From an uncultured archaeon (GTDB lineage: Archaea > Aenigmatarchaeota > Aenigmatarchaeia > QMZP01 > JACQNV01), in assembly GCA_964410585.1 (NCBI GenBank), contig CAYPFW010000002.1, positions 160,001 to 224,000 on the forward strand: a DNA stretch of 64,000 bases, given 5' to 3'. The translations under genes were made by a program, and so were the position numbers. Below are positions 49,191 through 59,943 of the stretch, piece by piece (positions within the stretch are counted from its first letter, which is position 1; each line of letters starts with the position of its first letter). Below the pieces are notes generated by a model, which was not told the origin of the DNA, did no database searches, and was given only the letters and a program-made list of their open reading frames with translations.

Positions 49191-50795
49191 ATGAGATTTC
49201 CACAAGTCTCTGGATACAGATTATTGGAGAAGATTGGTGAAGGTGAGTTTAGAGATGTTTATAGGGTATGGAAAGTTTTGGAATTTGGCAACAGATCAAA
49301 AGAAGGTGATAGGACAGACATTTATCCGTGTGCTTTGAAAGTATACAAAAACCCAAGGCATATAAACACAGGGCTCGAAGAGTTGAGAATTAGAAGAGAT
49401 TCTCTTAAAGGGGGTCAGGGATCTGAAGGTATAGAACAAGTCTATAATTTCGGGTCGTTGGATGGGGGGCTTTTTGTTGAAACAGAACTTATAGATGGTT
49501 ATCCTATATTGAAAAAGCAATTTGAAGATGTAGAAGGAAAAAGAAAGTGTGTTGGTTCTGTTTTTACGCGTAATTTTTCCTTTGTTGAAACTGTGAAAAT
49601 TGGGATCAAAATTGCAAAAGCTTTGGAATACCTTCATTCCAGAGGATATGTAGCAAGAGACCTGAGTTTAGCCAACATCATGGTTAACGATGACCTTTCT
49701 GTTGTCAAAATATGTGATATTGATCACATAAAAAGAATAGGTGATACTGTGAAGCCTGAAAGCAGGCCGGATGGGGTCACAAAAATAGTAGGTCAGGAAT
49801 ACATGAATTTTGATATGCTTGAAAGAAGCGACTTGGCCTTAGATGAGTCAACAGATCTTTATGCTTTGGGGTGTTGCATGCTTTACATGCTTAGCAGAAG
49901 GGAGCATAAAATAGAAGCCAGTAGTCCGGAAGAGTTTAGAGAAAAACAAAGAAAACTTGCAGAAGACATTGATTTTGGAAATGTCCCAGAACACTTGAAA
50001 AATGGCATGAAAAAAGTTTTAGTGGAGGTGTTAGGGCTTGATGGCAAAACAGCAATGCCAGTGAATGCTAGTGAATTTCTGAACAAAATAGAACCAATAA
50101 ACAGAGACCTTAGTCTGATTTATAGGTATTCGGGGATGCCTGTAATTGCTAGGTGTGGAAGGGGTAGAGATCTTTTTGTTTATGGTTTAGTTAGAAGTGT
50201 GGATTACCATAGAGGGGTAAGAACGGCTGACATGAAAAAATTAGTTTTTGAAAAACTTGTTGTCCTTGAGGCTATTCCTGATGTTCGCTTTTTTGCCGAT
50301 TCGCCCCAACCAACTAGTATTTTAGATCCAACAATAGATGAGATTAAGTCAAATAAGGGGAAATCATTCAAATCGAGAAAAGATCCTAATTTACTAGTAG
50401 CGGATTACTCACTAGAAGGATATAGAGCAACTATTGAGACTCAACATCCTTCCCAAGGAAGATTAATGTATAACACATGTTATATTGGACACGAAACAGG
50501 CGAACTGCCGGGACATGGGAAAGGTCCCCTATTTTTCCATATATTCGAGCGCGAGTTTTTTGAAGGTCCAATAAGTTTCAGATTTGACGATTCTGCTGAA
50601 ATGCTACATTTGTTTAGAGATCATGATCTTGACAAAGAAATAGAAGGCTCTGAGGAAAGTGCTCTTGAGGAATGTGAAGGTGGTTTCATGAAATATCTAA
50701 AAACTTCAGAGAAATTGAGAGAAAGCGCCATGGCAAAATTGCGATCAAGAGGAAAGTGGGTCAGGATTAACGAGCTTTTGGAGGCTTCTGAATAA
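49191..50795 (+). CDS. Ser/Thr protein kinase (Hanks-type) with unknown C-terminal domain
   Basis: IGEGEF, ALK, RDLSLANI, DID, DLYALG. Confidence 0.85.
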   Translation: MRFPQVSGYRLLEKIGEGEFRDVYRVWKVLEFGNRSKEGDRTDIYPCALKVYKNPRHINTGLEELRIRRDSLKGGQGSEGIEQVYNFGSLDGGLFVETELIDGYPILKKQFEDVEGKRKCVGSVFTRNFSFVETVKIGIKIAKALEYLHSRGYVARDLSLANIMVNDDLSVVKICDIDHIKRIGDTVKPESRPDGVTKIVGQEYMNFDMLERSDLALDESTDLYALGCCMLYMLSRREHKIEASSPEEFREKQRKLAEDIDFGNVPEHLKNGMKKVLVEVLGLDGKTAMPVNASEFLNKIEPINRDLSLIYRYSGMPVIARCGRGRDLFVYGLVRSVDYHRGVRTADMKKLVFEKLVVLEAIPDVRFFADSPQPTSILDPTIDEIKSNKGKSFKSRKDPNLLVADYSLEGYRATIETQHPSQGRLMYNTCYIGHETGELPGHGKGPLFFHIFEREFFEGPISFRFDDSAEMLHLFRDHDLDKEIEGSEESALEECEGGFMKYLKTSEKLRESAMAKLRSRGKWVRINELLEASE

Positions 50796-51708
50796 GTTTG
50801 TCAAAGTTTATCCCAAATATTGGCTGGCTTGCATCATATGTGTCTATTATAATTTTACCCAACGTTGAAATTAGGAAAAGGTTGTCTTTTGGTTGGGATA
50901 AAAGGAGTTTTTTGGCTTTTTCCATATAACTTTCTTTTGACTCATATAGATGGATATTTTTTTCTATATTAAAATTGAAATACATGTCATGTATGTGTTC
51001 CAGTATCTCATTTACGTCTTTAAAGAATTTCATGCTTTCCTTGCTTATTGATTTTGGGTGGTTTTTGTTGTAGTGGTTGCAAATGAGCTTGTAAGAATCT
51101 CCAATATTTTCCAATTTTTGAACAAGATGATAATAGAATTGGGGCATTTCATTTAGATTGTCCTTGAAAATGCTGAGAGCCCTTAGCGAGTAGAAATGAA
51201 GCTTGTTTTGCGTCTTTTCCAAAACAACTGTGTTGGAAAGAGAATTAAAATCACCATTTGAAAAATTCTCAAATACTCTTTTCGAAAAGTAGATTGTTAT
51301 GTCAAAGAACCTTTTAAACGCTTTTTCAAAGTCCTGATCGTTTATGTCTGTTATACTTTTTAAAAAAATACTGTTGTCTTTCTGTTCAACTATTTCATAG
51401 CCTATTAATTCGCCTATTCTTTCTTCAATTGTTTTTATGTATTCTGGATTGTCAAAAGTGAACAATATCTCATCCACTCCTGACCTGTATGCATGGAATA
51501 GTATCCTCAGGATTGTGGGCTTGTGAGCTGGTAAATTGACTTCTATTCTTTTTATATTATGCTTCTTACTTGAATAGATTATCAAAGAACTTCCCTTTTC
51601 TTCAATCTCCAGTATATCACCTTTATCCAGCCTGTTTTTTTCAGCCCAGTTTTTAGGTAGACTTACAGTGAGTGTTCCGGGTCCAACTTTGTTGATTTTC
51701 CGTTTCAT
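50767..51708 (-). CDS. AbrB-PhoU family regulator
   Basis: RK...G..TLTVSLPK.W N-terminus, LE.IGD PhoU motif. Confidence 0.8.
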   Translation of the reverse strand: MKRKINKVGPGTLTVSLPKNWAEKNRLDKGDILEIEEKGSSLIIYSSKKHNIKRIEVNLPAHKPTILRILFHAYRSGVDEILFTFDNPEYIKTIEERIGELIGYEIVEQKDNSIFLKSITDINDQDFEKAFKRFFDITIYFSKRVFENFSNGDFNSLSNTVVLEKTQNKLHFYSLRALSIFKDNLNEMPQFYYHLVQKLENIGDSYKLICNHYNKNHPKSISKESMKFFKDVNEILEHIHDMYFNFNIEKNIHLYESKESYMEKAKKLLLSQPKDNLFLISTLGKIIIDTYDASQPIFGINFDKLIQKPPKAR

Positions 51709-51795
51709 AATTATAATTGTCTTATGTATATATAAATTTTATTATAATAATTATATTTACGATAAGTATATACTTTTTCTTTCCAAGTATCCTGA

Positions 51796-52905
51796 ATGGC
51801 TAAGAGAATTTGTATACTGGGGGCAGGCGGAACACCTGGACAGGTTAGGACACAATCAGGAGAATTGGTTCCGACTACGGGAATAGGTGAACTGATACCA
51901 GAACTGAGGCGTCGCTATGCTTTTGATGGACTAGATATCTTGACAGAAGAACTGTTCAATATAGACAGCTCAGAGATGGGGACAGATCATGAGGATAAGC
52001 TGGGATATAACATCTCGAAAAAAATGAGCATGCATGAAAACCAATATGATGGCATTGTGGTTATACATGGAACAGATACAATGACCGCTACCTTACAGGC
52101 CCTTTATTTGGGTCTAAAGAACAGAACAGTTCCTGTCACCCTAACAGGGTCTCAAATAAGCGCCGACCAGCCTGACACAGATTTTTTTGAAAATTTAAGA
52201 GGATCTATTGAATCGACTTTAGCTAGGGAGTATACAGAGCCTGTAATATTTTTCAATGGTGGCGTGTATAGAGCAGATGTTGCACATAAAGTTGACACAA
52301 TGGCTAGAGGCGCATTTGCTAACTTATCCAAGAGAGATGGGTTATCAGATGAGTGTGAAAGTGTTGGAAGAGCAGAGTATGATGTTTCCCATTCAAGAGT
52401 TAAGGTCTATAAGCTGCATAGAAGGTCTTTTGACGAAAATGATTTTGAAATTGATTTGGTTTCTCATGCCGGTCTTGTCATTGAAGGTTATGGTATGGGA
52501 AATTGTCCAAAAAAGATGATGGAAGTTTTGAAGGCATGCTTATCAGAAAAGCCAAAGCCAGTTATTTTGTCTTCAAGTGCGGGGGGGCAGACAGATCAAA
52601 CAGAATATTCATCTGGAAAACAGCTTATACAAAACAAATTCGAAGACCGCGATGGTAGTCATACACCACTTGTTGCAACCTCAGGTGATTGGACAACTGA
52701 ATACTGCTTGACAAGGCTTTCCTATATTTTGGGTCATATTGAAACGAAAGAAATTCCTGTAAGACAGGTTCATGAGCTGTTTTTAATGGGTTGTAGAGTC
52801 AGAAGGAAAGAATTATATGAAGAAATAACAGGCGAGAGAGTTTATGTAAGTGACCTGTTAAACAACGGGATTTTTGAGAGGGGTTTGACAGAACTTAGAA
52901 GATAA
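51796..52905 (+). CDS. Divergent asparaginase-family protein
   Basis: GGT, IDSSEM, HGTDTM, TGSQ, GYGMGN. Confidence 0.8.
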   Translation: MAKRICILGAGGTPGQVRTQSGELVPTTGIGELIPELRRRYAFDGLDILTEELFNIDSSEMGTDHEDKLGYNISKKMSMHENQYDGIVVIHGTDTMTATLQALYLGLKNRTVPVTLTGSQISADQPDTDFFENLRGSIESTLAREYTEPVIFFNGGVYRADVAHKVDTMARGAFANLSKRDGLSDECESVGRAEYDVSHSRVKVYKLHRRSFDENDFEIDLVSHAGLVIEGYGMGNCPKKMMEVLKACLSEKPKPVILSSSAGGQTDQTEYSSGKQLIQNKFEDRDGSHTPLVATSGDWTTEYCLTRLSYILGHIETKEIPVRQVHELFLMGCRVRRKELYEEITGERVYVSDLLNNGIFERGLTELRR

Positions 52906-52914
52906 AGCCAAAAA

Positions 52915-52930
52915 CCTGGGGCTCCCCAGG
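52915..52930. terminator. GC hairpin between convergent genes
   Basis: CCTGGGG-CT-CCCCAGG. Confidence 0.5.
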
Positions 52931-52933
52931 AAA

Positions 52934-53380
52934 TTAACTCACTTTGGTAAAGCGATCTAGTACCCTATTGTATGAATTTGATTCATCTGGTTTTCCACTA
53001 CCTTCAGATACAGGACTTCCATTCCTCGGTGACCTGTCAAATTCATGATCTCTCGCAAAGTCTAAAGGTCTATCATATCCCTTTGGTATAAGATCCTCTC
53101 TTATTGATCTTTTTTGATCTTCTGAGAGTGGACCCTCAAGATGATGTAATTGTAAGCCTTCAGGATATGTTGTTTCAACATATCTTCCTTCTACCCTTGC
53201 TCCTGTTCTTGTGCTTCCAACACCTTCAAAATAACTTACTAAAACCTGAACATCCTCGTGTCCTAACCTTACTCTCTCAACTGCATATTGTCTTCCACCA
53301 CCAACAGGGAGCCTTCCAGAATCTGCTTGAGCAGCTTCATGTTCGTGATCTATTGTAACTATTCTTCCTCTCAATACCAT
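52934..53380 (-). CDS. Hypothetical protein
   Basis: GGAGGT SD before ATG 53380. Confidence 0.6.
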   Translation of the reverse strand: MVLRGRIVTIDHEHEAAQADSGRLPVGGGRQYAVERVRLGHEDVQVLVSYFEGVGSTRTGARVEGRYVETTYPEGLQLHHLEGPLSEDQKRSIREDLIPKGYDRPLDFARDHEFDRSPRNGSPVSEGSGKPDESNSYNRVLDRFTKVS

Positions 53381-53475
53381 AGTAATACCTCCAATCCATA
53401 TGTGTGGGAAATGTGCCATTTATATAACTTTCGGCTCAGTTCAGCAATTGACTTATATTTTCGTACGACAATCAA

Positions 53476-53535
53476 CTACCCCCCCTTTCTTTCCCGAAAG
53501 AAAGGTCTAAGGTACTCCAAAGAAAGGGAATTACA
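53476..53535 (+). repeat. Dispersed repeat family 1
   Basis: CTACCCCCCCTTTCTTTCCCGAAAGAAAGGTCTAAGGTACTCCAAAGAAAGGGAATTACA. Confidence 0.8.
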
Positions 53536-53561
53536 TTTAATATTACAAAATAATATGCATT

Positions 53562-54665
53562 ATGAAATTCAAAATCATTTCTTGCTACAAATATATAGAG
53601 GTAGAAAATCCTGAAAATCTGAGATTAGAAATTTCCAGTTTGTGCAGGAAATTGGATATAACAGGAAGAATTTTGATAGGAAAAGAAGGCCTCAATGCAG
53701 CTGTTTCTGGCTCGCCAAAAAATATAGAAACCTTCAAATCAAAAATAAAAGAAAATCCTTTGTTCTCAGATATGACTTTTAGAGAGCAGTTTTTCAGGGA
53801 AAAAACATACAAAAAACTGACTGTCAAAGTGCGGAATGAAATTGTTAATTTTGGAAAACCAGTTGATTTGTCCAAAACAGGCGAACATGTGAAGCCAGAA
53901 GTTTTGAAAGAGTGGCTTGACAAAAAAGAAGATCTTGTTTTGTTGGAAGGAAGAAACCAGTATGAGGCAAAAGTTGGCAAATTCAAAAATGCTTTGGTTC
54001 TCCCAATAAAAAACTTTAGGCAATTCCCAGATGCTGTTTCAAAACTTTCCCATTTGAAAAGTAAAAAAATTGTGATGTACTGTACTGGAGGAATCCGCTG
54101 TGAAAAAGCATCTGCTTATTTGAAGCAAGAAGGTTTTGAAAATGTTCATCAATTAGAAGGTGGAATAATCAACTATATCAACAAATTTCCAAACGACCAT
54201 TTTGAAGGAAGTTGTTTTGTTTTCGATGAAAGGATAGCTGCAGAAACAGAAAACCCAATCACAGAATGTGAAATTTGCGGCAAAAAATCCTATTTCTATA
54301 TCAATTGCAATAATTTGGACTGCGACAAGCTTTTTGTGTCCTGCAAACCCTGCCAGAAAAAAATGCAAAAAACCTGCTCGCAAAAATGCTTTGATTCTCC
54401 AAGAAAAAGGCCTGAAAAAAGGGAAGTGAAAATAATTGGCACAGTTGAAAACTATTACCCAAAAGCAAAGGTGGCCTTAGTAAAACTGAATAAGAAAATA
54501 AAAATTGGGCAAAAAATAAAATTCTGTGGAAAGACAACAAAAGAATTTGAACAAAGAATAAAAGAAATGAAAGACTGTGAAGGAAATAAAATAGAGTCGG
54601 CCAGGGGCTTGATTACTTTCCCTGTTTCTGAAAAAGTCAGAGTGAATGATAAGGTTTTTGTATAG
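53562..54665 (+). CDS. trhO: TrhO/YceA (UPF0176) rhodanese-domain tRNA hydroxylase-like protein with extra C-terminal domain
   Basis: GRILIG.EG.N, MYCTGGIRCEKAS, L.GGI..Y, G.CFVFDER. Confidence 0.85.
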   Translation: MKFKIISCYKYIEVENPENLRLEISSLCRKLDITGRILIGKEGLNAAVSGSPKNIETFKSKIKENPLFSDMTFREQFFREKTYKKLTVKVRNEIVNFGKPVDLSKTGEHVKPEVLKEWLDKKEDLVLLEGRNQYEAKVGKFKNALVLPIKNFRQFPDAVSKLSHLKSKKIVMYCTGGIRCEKASAYLKQEGFENVHQLEGGIINYINKFPNDHFEGSCFVFDERIAAETENPITECEICGKKSYFYINCNNLDCDKLFVSCKPCQKKMQKTCSQKCFDSPRKRPEKREVKIIGTVENYYPKAKVALVKLNKKIKIGQKIKFCGKTTKEFEQRIKEMKDCEGNKIESARGLITFPVSEKVRVNDKVFV

Positions 54666-54731
54666 TATCAAAATAGGAATTATTTACAGCTTCAAAAAAA
54701 GAGATATTAATAGCCACAAACAAATATATTA

Positions 54732-57355
54732 ATGAAATATTTTGTTCTTTTGGTTGTTGGAATTTTTGTTCTATATACGGCTTTTTTGTCTCAATTAATT
54801 CAGTAACTATTTTTGGCCAATATGCCGAAGATCCCTCAATAACTAAAGAAAATTGTGCAACTGAATGCAAGCCAGCCGATGGAAAATGTTTGGAGTGGTG
54901 TTTTGGAGATGATCCACCAGAAGCAAGCAATTACGGTGTCATAGATGAAATTCCAAAACGTCCCTATCTCACTTCAGACATGCTGACTGAAATTACAATT
55001 GAAAGGCAATCATCAGGCCCAATGAACACAAAAACAGGAACTGGGACAAAATCAGAAAAGCTAATTTTCAAAATAAGCGGATATTTGAAGGAAATTGATC
55101 CAGAATCAAATGACCTAACAAGGTATGCAGACAGAGCTTTTGAGTTTGACAAAGGAACAGTTCAATGGACAATAGAACAAGATTCAAATGATGCAAACCC
55201 AAAATGTACGCGCATTACAGAAATCGATAGCACAGGAAAAGATTCTATTCCAAAGCTAAATATTTATTATGAAACTACAGATGGCCAAAGTACAAGCATA
55301 AGCGGTCAACCACTTCCTTCATCTGGAAAATTGGCTCTAAAATATACCAAGCAATCGATTAGCGGAAAACCCGAATTTGAATTAGTAGGACAAGTTCTTA
55401 TTCCTGTTGATATAGTAGAAACACTCGAGGTGCACCAAACTTCGCCAAATGTTAAAACTACATGCAACGGTGCAACAGAAACATTTTCAGTTCAAAAAAA
55501 GAGAAGCGCTGTTGTGAAAGTTCCTCTAACAATACTTAACCTCGATTTATCAGAGCGTACATACGCTGGTGAGTTAGCTTCAGAGGAAACATATTATGGC
55601 GAAGAAGTGCCAAATGCAGATGCAGAACTGGGATATGGTGTTTATGGTGGTTTTGGAGAAGCAATTTCATTTGACACACCATGGAAAGTCTCTTGGAATC
55701 TTGAAATGCCTTTTTTGGATACAGAAAAAGATGGAGATAGAGATGGTTTGCCTGATTTAAGAGAGCCTGTTTTTAAAACAGACCCACAAAACCCAGACAC
55801 AGACGGTGATGGTTTATTGGATGGTTGGGAAGCCCTTGGAGTTTTCAAGGGTGGGAAAAAAGTAGTTGACTTGCCTTCAATGAATGCAAACCCTTTGGTT
55901 CAAGATCTTTTCTTGGAATTAGATTGGATGCAAGATGGAACACATACACACAAACCAAGCAATGATGTCATCCAGCGCGTTGTAAATGCTTTTGCTAAAA
56001 AGAACATTCAGCTGCATGTAGACATTGGCCAATGGGGAGGAGGAAATGCGCTTACTGAGCAAAACGGATCAGAGTGGCACAAATCCTACTTGAATGCTAC
56101 TCAACAAACAGCATACGAGACAAATAACCAATATTTATTTACAATAAAAAAGAACAACTTTGATCCAAACAGACTGGGAATATTTTACTACGGTATGTTT
56201 GTTCATGAAAAATCAGGATCCTCTGGACAAGCAGCACCAGGCGGCAATTTCTATGTTGCTCTGTGGTGGAATTCTACTATCCCAGCTAAATCGGGGACGC
56301 TGATGCACGAATTTGGACATACATTGCAGCTTGGCCATGGGGGAAGACAAGATAAGGAACTTAGATATGACAACACACATTTCAAACCAAATTACCGCAG
56401 CATAATGAACTATCATTTCCAACTCAATGGAGTAATGACATACGATCCAACAGGAAACATACTTTATGATATTGATTACTCAGACGAAGAGCTTTTAGAC
56501 CTTGACGAAAGCATAGGATTAAATGAAAACGCAGGAATTGTGTCAGCAATTGACAAAAACTTTGCTTCTTACTATACATGTAGAGATATAGGGCATGGAC
56601 CAACTGCACCAGATGTTTATGAAAATATAAGCAGTGATCTTAAAATCAGATTCCAGCTCGATGGAAGCCCTGTTGACTGGAATTGTGACGGAGTCATAAG
56701 TGGAAGCCCACAAATAAATATTAATGGGAATGGAAAGGATGAATTTGACACAACAGGTGGAACAAACGATGTTTTATTTGGAAGAAAAGATTGGGATAAA
56801 ATTGTCCTAAAAATAGGATGCCCTGATTATGGTTTGGAAGATGGTTTTGCTGTAGAAGATGTATTTGGTGTTTCAAATGAATCAGACAGGTGCCCTGAAC
56901 ACGATGACATAAGAAACAGTTTGGGTATAGAATTGGAATCAGATGAAAGGTTCCCACCAGAACTTCCATTCTTAGGGGAAGCGTGTGACGGCACAGATAA
57001 TGATGGAGATGGAAAAATAGATGAGGGTTGTGCAGACACAGATAAAGATGGTGTTGTGGATGACATTGACAATTGTATATACAAATCAAATCCAGACCAA
57101 GCCGACTCAGACAATGATTTTGTCGGAGATGCTTGTGTTGGCAAATCAATAGCAAAGTTAGCAGGTGCTGATTCTGGAACAAAACTTACTGAGCCTTTAG
57201 ACACGGAGAGTCTAAAAAAAGAAATAATTGAGTCTGTAAGAGAAGAAAGAAATGCTGAAGATGCCCAAACATTGATGATTATTGTAATTGTGGTTGTTGT
57301 TTTGGCAGTTGTTGCCGGTGTTGGATATTTTGTTTACACGAAGTTTGGTAAATGA
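54732..57355 (+). CDS. Membrane-anchored metzincin-like metalloprotease with TSP3-like Ca-binding repeats (apparent 5' frameshift)
   Basis: HEFGHTLQLGH plus SIMNY Met-turn, DxDxDG repeats, C-terminal TM; signal peptide from ATG 54732 is in another frame. Confidence 0.75.
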
Positions 57356-57398
57356 ATAGAAGCTACTTTTATTTAAGTGTCCTCTACTAAACTAAAAT

Positions 57399-58313
57399 AT
57401 GAAGTTGTACTTTTTGTTGGTTCTTTTGTTAGTTGGGCTAATTTTGGTTAGTGGTTGTACAAGCCAAAATGATAGTGTGAAAGACTCAGATGAAAAGTCA
57501 GACTCGATAATTGGAAAACCAATTGGGAAAAAAACAAATCAGGTTACAGATACTTCACCGCCTCGTATTGGAAGGTTTTCTACAAGTCCAAATAATCCCG
57601 ACATAGATGAAACAGTCACTATAACAGTTGAAGCAGAAGATGATAGAACATTGAAAGAAATCTCTTGGGCATCCTCAAAGCCTTTTGCAAATGGTCAAGA
57701 AGGATCTTTTGATTGTAATTTACAAAAAACTTGTTCAGCTTCTTTTGAATTAACTACACTTGATTCAGGTTTGCATGAAGTAGTTATTACAGCAGTTGAT
57801 TCTTCAGGACAAACATCTCAATCAACTTCGCAAATAACAGTTAGCACATACGTGGCAAAGAAGACAACTGAAATAGAAGAAGAACCAGAAACAGCCTCAT
57901 TTACTTGTGGAAACAGTATTTGTGAAGGCGGGGAATCATACCTAAATTGTGAACAAGACTGTGAAGCAAGCAAAACAATTGGAACAAGCCCTGCGGATGG
58001 TGCATGCGAGCCAGGAGAGAGTATAGAAAATGCGCCAAAAGACTGCACAAATCCAAACCCAAAATGTGGAAATGGTGTGTGCGATTCAGATGAAACAAGG
58101 ATGACTTGCTATGCTGATTGCGAAGAGGATCAAGAAGAGGGCACAGGTGATTGCAGCACAAACTCGGATTGTGGATACAAACAAATATGTAGAAGCGGAA
58201 AATGTGAAAGTGTCCAGTGTACTAATGATGCACAATGTACAGGATGCAGAAGATGTTCAGATTATACTTGTAGATCCTGTGGTTATGGGCCTGCTGGATA
58301 TTGTTCATGTTGA
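57399..58313 (+). CDS. Lipoprotein with Ig-like domain and Cys-rich repeats
   Basis: LVSGC lipobox, CGN..C...E...C..DC repeats. Confidence 0.75.
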   Translation: MKLYFLLVLLLVGLILVSGCTSQNDSVKDSDEKSDSIIGKPIGKKTNQVTDTSPPRIGRFSTSPNNPDIDETVTITVEAEDDRTLKEISWASSKPFANGQEGSFDCNLQKTCSASFELTTLDSGLHEVVITAVDSSGQTSQSTSQITVSTYVAKKTTEIEEEPETASFTCGNSICEGGESYLNCEQDCEASKTIGTSPADGACEPGESIENAPKDCTNPNPKCGNGVCDSDETRMTCYADCEEDQEEGTGDCSTNSDCGYKQICRSGKCESVQCTNDAQCTGCRRCSDYTCRSCGYGPAGYCSC

Positions 58314-58349
58314 TTTTCTAAAATTAATAAAAGGATGCAACGTTTTCCC

Positions 58350-59084
58350 CTAGAATAGTTTTAATCTTAATTCATCTATATACAATAGACCTTGTTGAAT
58401 CCCATTTATTGAATTATGGATCCATGCCCTTTTAACATCATAACCAAATTTTGGTGCTATTTTCATAGGATCTGTTAGTTCTCCACCAAGACTATAAGAA
58501 GGAATTAAGATGGTCCCATCAGGATTCAAGTATTTTTTAGCTTCTATCAAAAACCTTTCAAATAATTCAGGAGGCATAATCATACTTGCTGATATTGTAT
58601 CTTCTCTTGGTACATACCCAGGGAAAAATGGAATCATCCATGTTATAAAATCTGCCTTTTCATGTATATTTTCAAATAGATCTCCTTGCACAACAGAAAT
58701 TTTATTTTCAAATCCAAATTTTTTTGAGTTATTTATTGTATTCTGACAAGCAGAGGAAGAAATATCGCTTGCTATAATTTTTTTTGCTCCATATTTTGCC
58801 ATAACACACGACATAAGCCCTGTACCACAGCCTATTTCTATGACGGTTTTCTCTCTAAATAAAATATTATTATAGAATAAGTATCTGGCATGGTATCTTC
58901 CAGAAGCTAAAAATGGATCCCAAACACCCTTACCTACAATAAAATCCTTCAATATATCTCCTTCACCACTTACATCATAATCTACTTCATGAGTTTGGTG
59001 TTGGTGCATCTGCCATTGAGTTAAAACTATTTGTTTTTGAGCATCATTCATTAATTTAAGATTCTCTTTGGTTAGCGGTGCCAT
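58350..59084 (-). CDS. Class I SAM-dependent methyltransferase
   Basis: IEIGCGTG, SDIS, GDLF. Confidence 0.85.
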   Translation of the reverse strand: MAPLTKENLKLMNDAQKQIVLTQWQMHQHQTHEVDYDVSGEGDILKDFIVGKGVWDPFLASGRYHARYLFYNNILFREKTVIEIGCGTGLMSCVMAKYGAKKIIASDISSSACQNTINNSKKFGFENKISVVQGDLFENIHEKADFITWMIPFFPGYVPREDTISASMIMPPELFERFLIEAKKYLNPDGTILIPSYSLGGELTDPMKIAPKFGYDVKRAWIHNSINGIQQGLLYIDELRLKLF

Positions 59085-59196
59085 ATTTCTCCATTGTACA
59101 ATAATCAGGATTATAGCAAAACGCCTTATATTTTTTGGTGCCCCCTAGAGGGGCCTGTTTTAGATGATATTTAAACAAGTAAAACAAAATCGTTTT

Positions 59197-59943
59197 ATGG
59201 ATAGGCAAATACTTCGGGAGATAGGATTGAGTGAAGGCGAGATAAAGGTATATCTTGCTCTCCTTAAACTAAAAGAGGCAAAGAAAACAGAACTTGCAAA
59301 GTATGCAGAAGTTTCATCCTCAAAAATTTATGAAATTTGTGGTAGGCTTCAAAAAAAGGGTCTTGTAGGAACGATTATAAAAGATAAGAAAATCCACTTT
59401 CGGGCAATGGAGCCAAAAAGACTTCTAGATTTTTTTAATGAAAAAGCAACTAAAATTGAAAATCAAAAAAGGGAATTGGAAAAGTCAATACCACTGCTTG
59501 AAAACTATCTCAAAATAGAGGAAAATAAGGCGGTTCTTTATGGGGGTCTTAGTGCTATAAAAAATTTTTATAAAAATATCTTGGAGGAATTAGAGCGGGG
59601 AGAAGAATATTATGTTATTGGTGTGAATTATGGAGATAGCCTTCCAGGCGTTAAAGAATTTTTTCAAAACTACCATATACAAAGAGCCAAAAGAGGCATA
59701 AGGGTCAAAATGCTTGTGAATAGTGATGCGAAGAGTATACTTGTAAAAACAGTCTATGAAAAATCAGAAATAAGATACCTGCCTCAATATCTTATGAGTA
59801 ATATGATTATTCTCTTCTATAAAAATAAATCCTTTATTTTCTTCCTAGCTAAAGATGCGGTTGGTTTGTTAATTCAAAATGAAGAAGTTGTAAAGGGATT
59901 TAAATCTTATTTTGATGCATTTTGGAAAATCGCAAAGTCGTAA
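59197..59943 (+). CDS. TrmB family transcriptional regulator
   Basis: L..IGLS.GEIKVYLALL, KIY....L..KGLV, FD.FWK. Confidence 0.85.
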   Translation: MDRQILREIGLSEGEIKVYLALLKLKEAKKTELAKYAEVSSSKIYEICGRLQKKGLVGTIIKDKKIHFRAMEPKRLLDFFNEKATKIENQKRELEKSIPLLENYLKIEENKAVLYGGLSAIKNFYKNILEELERGEEYYVIGVNYGDSLPGVKEFFQNYHIQRAKRGIRVKMLVNSDAKSILVKTVYEKSEIRYLPQYLMSNMIILFYKNKSFIFFLAKDAVGLLIQNEEVVKGFKSYFDAFWKIAKS

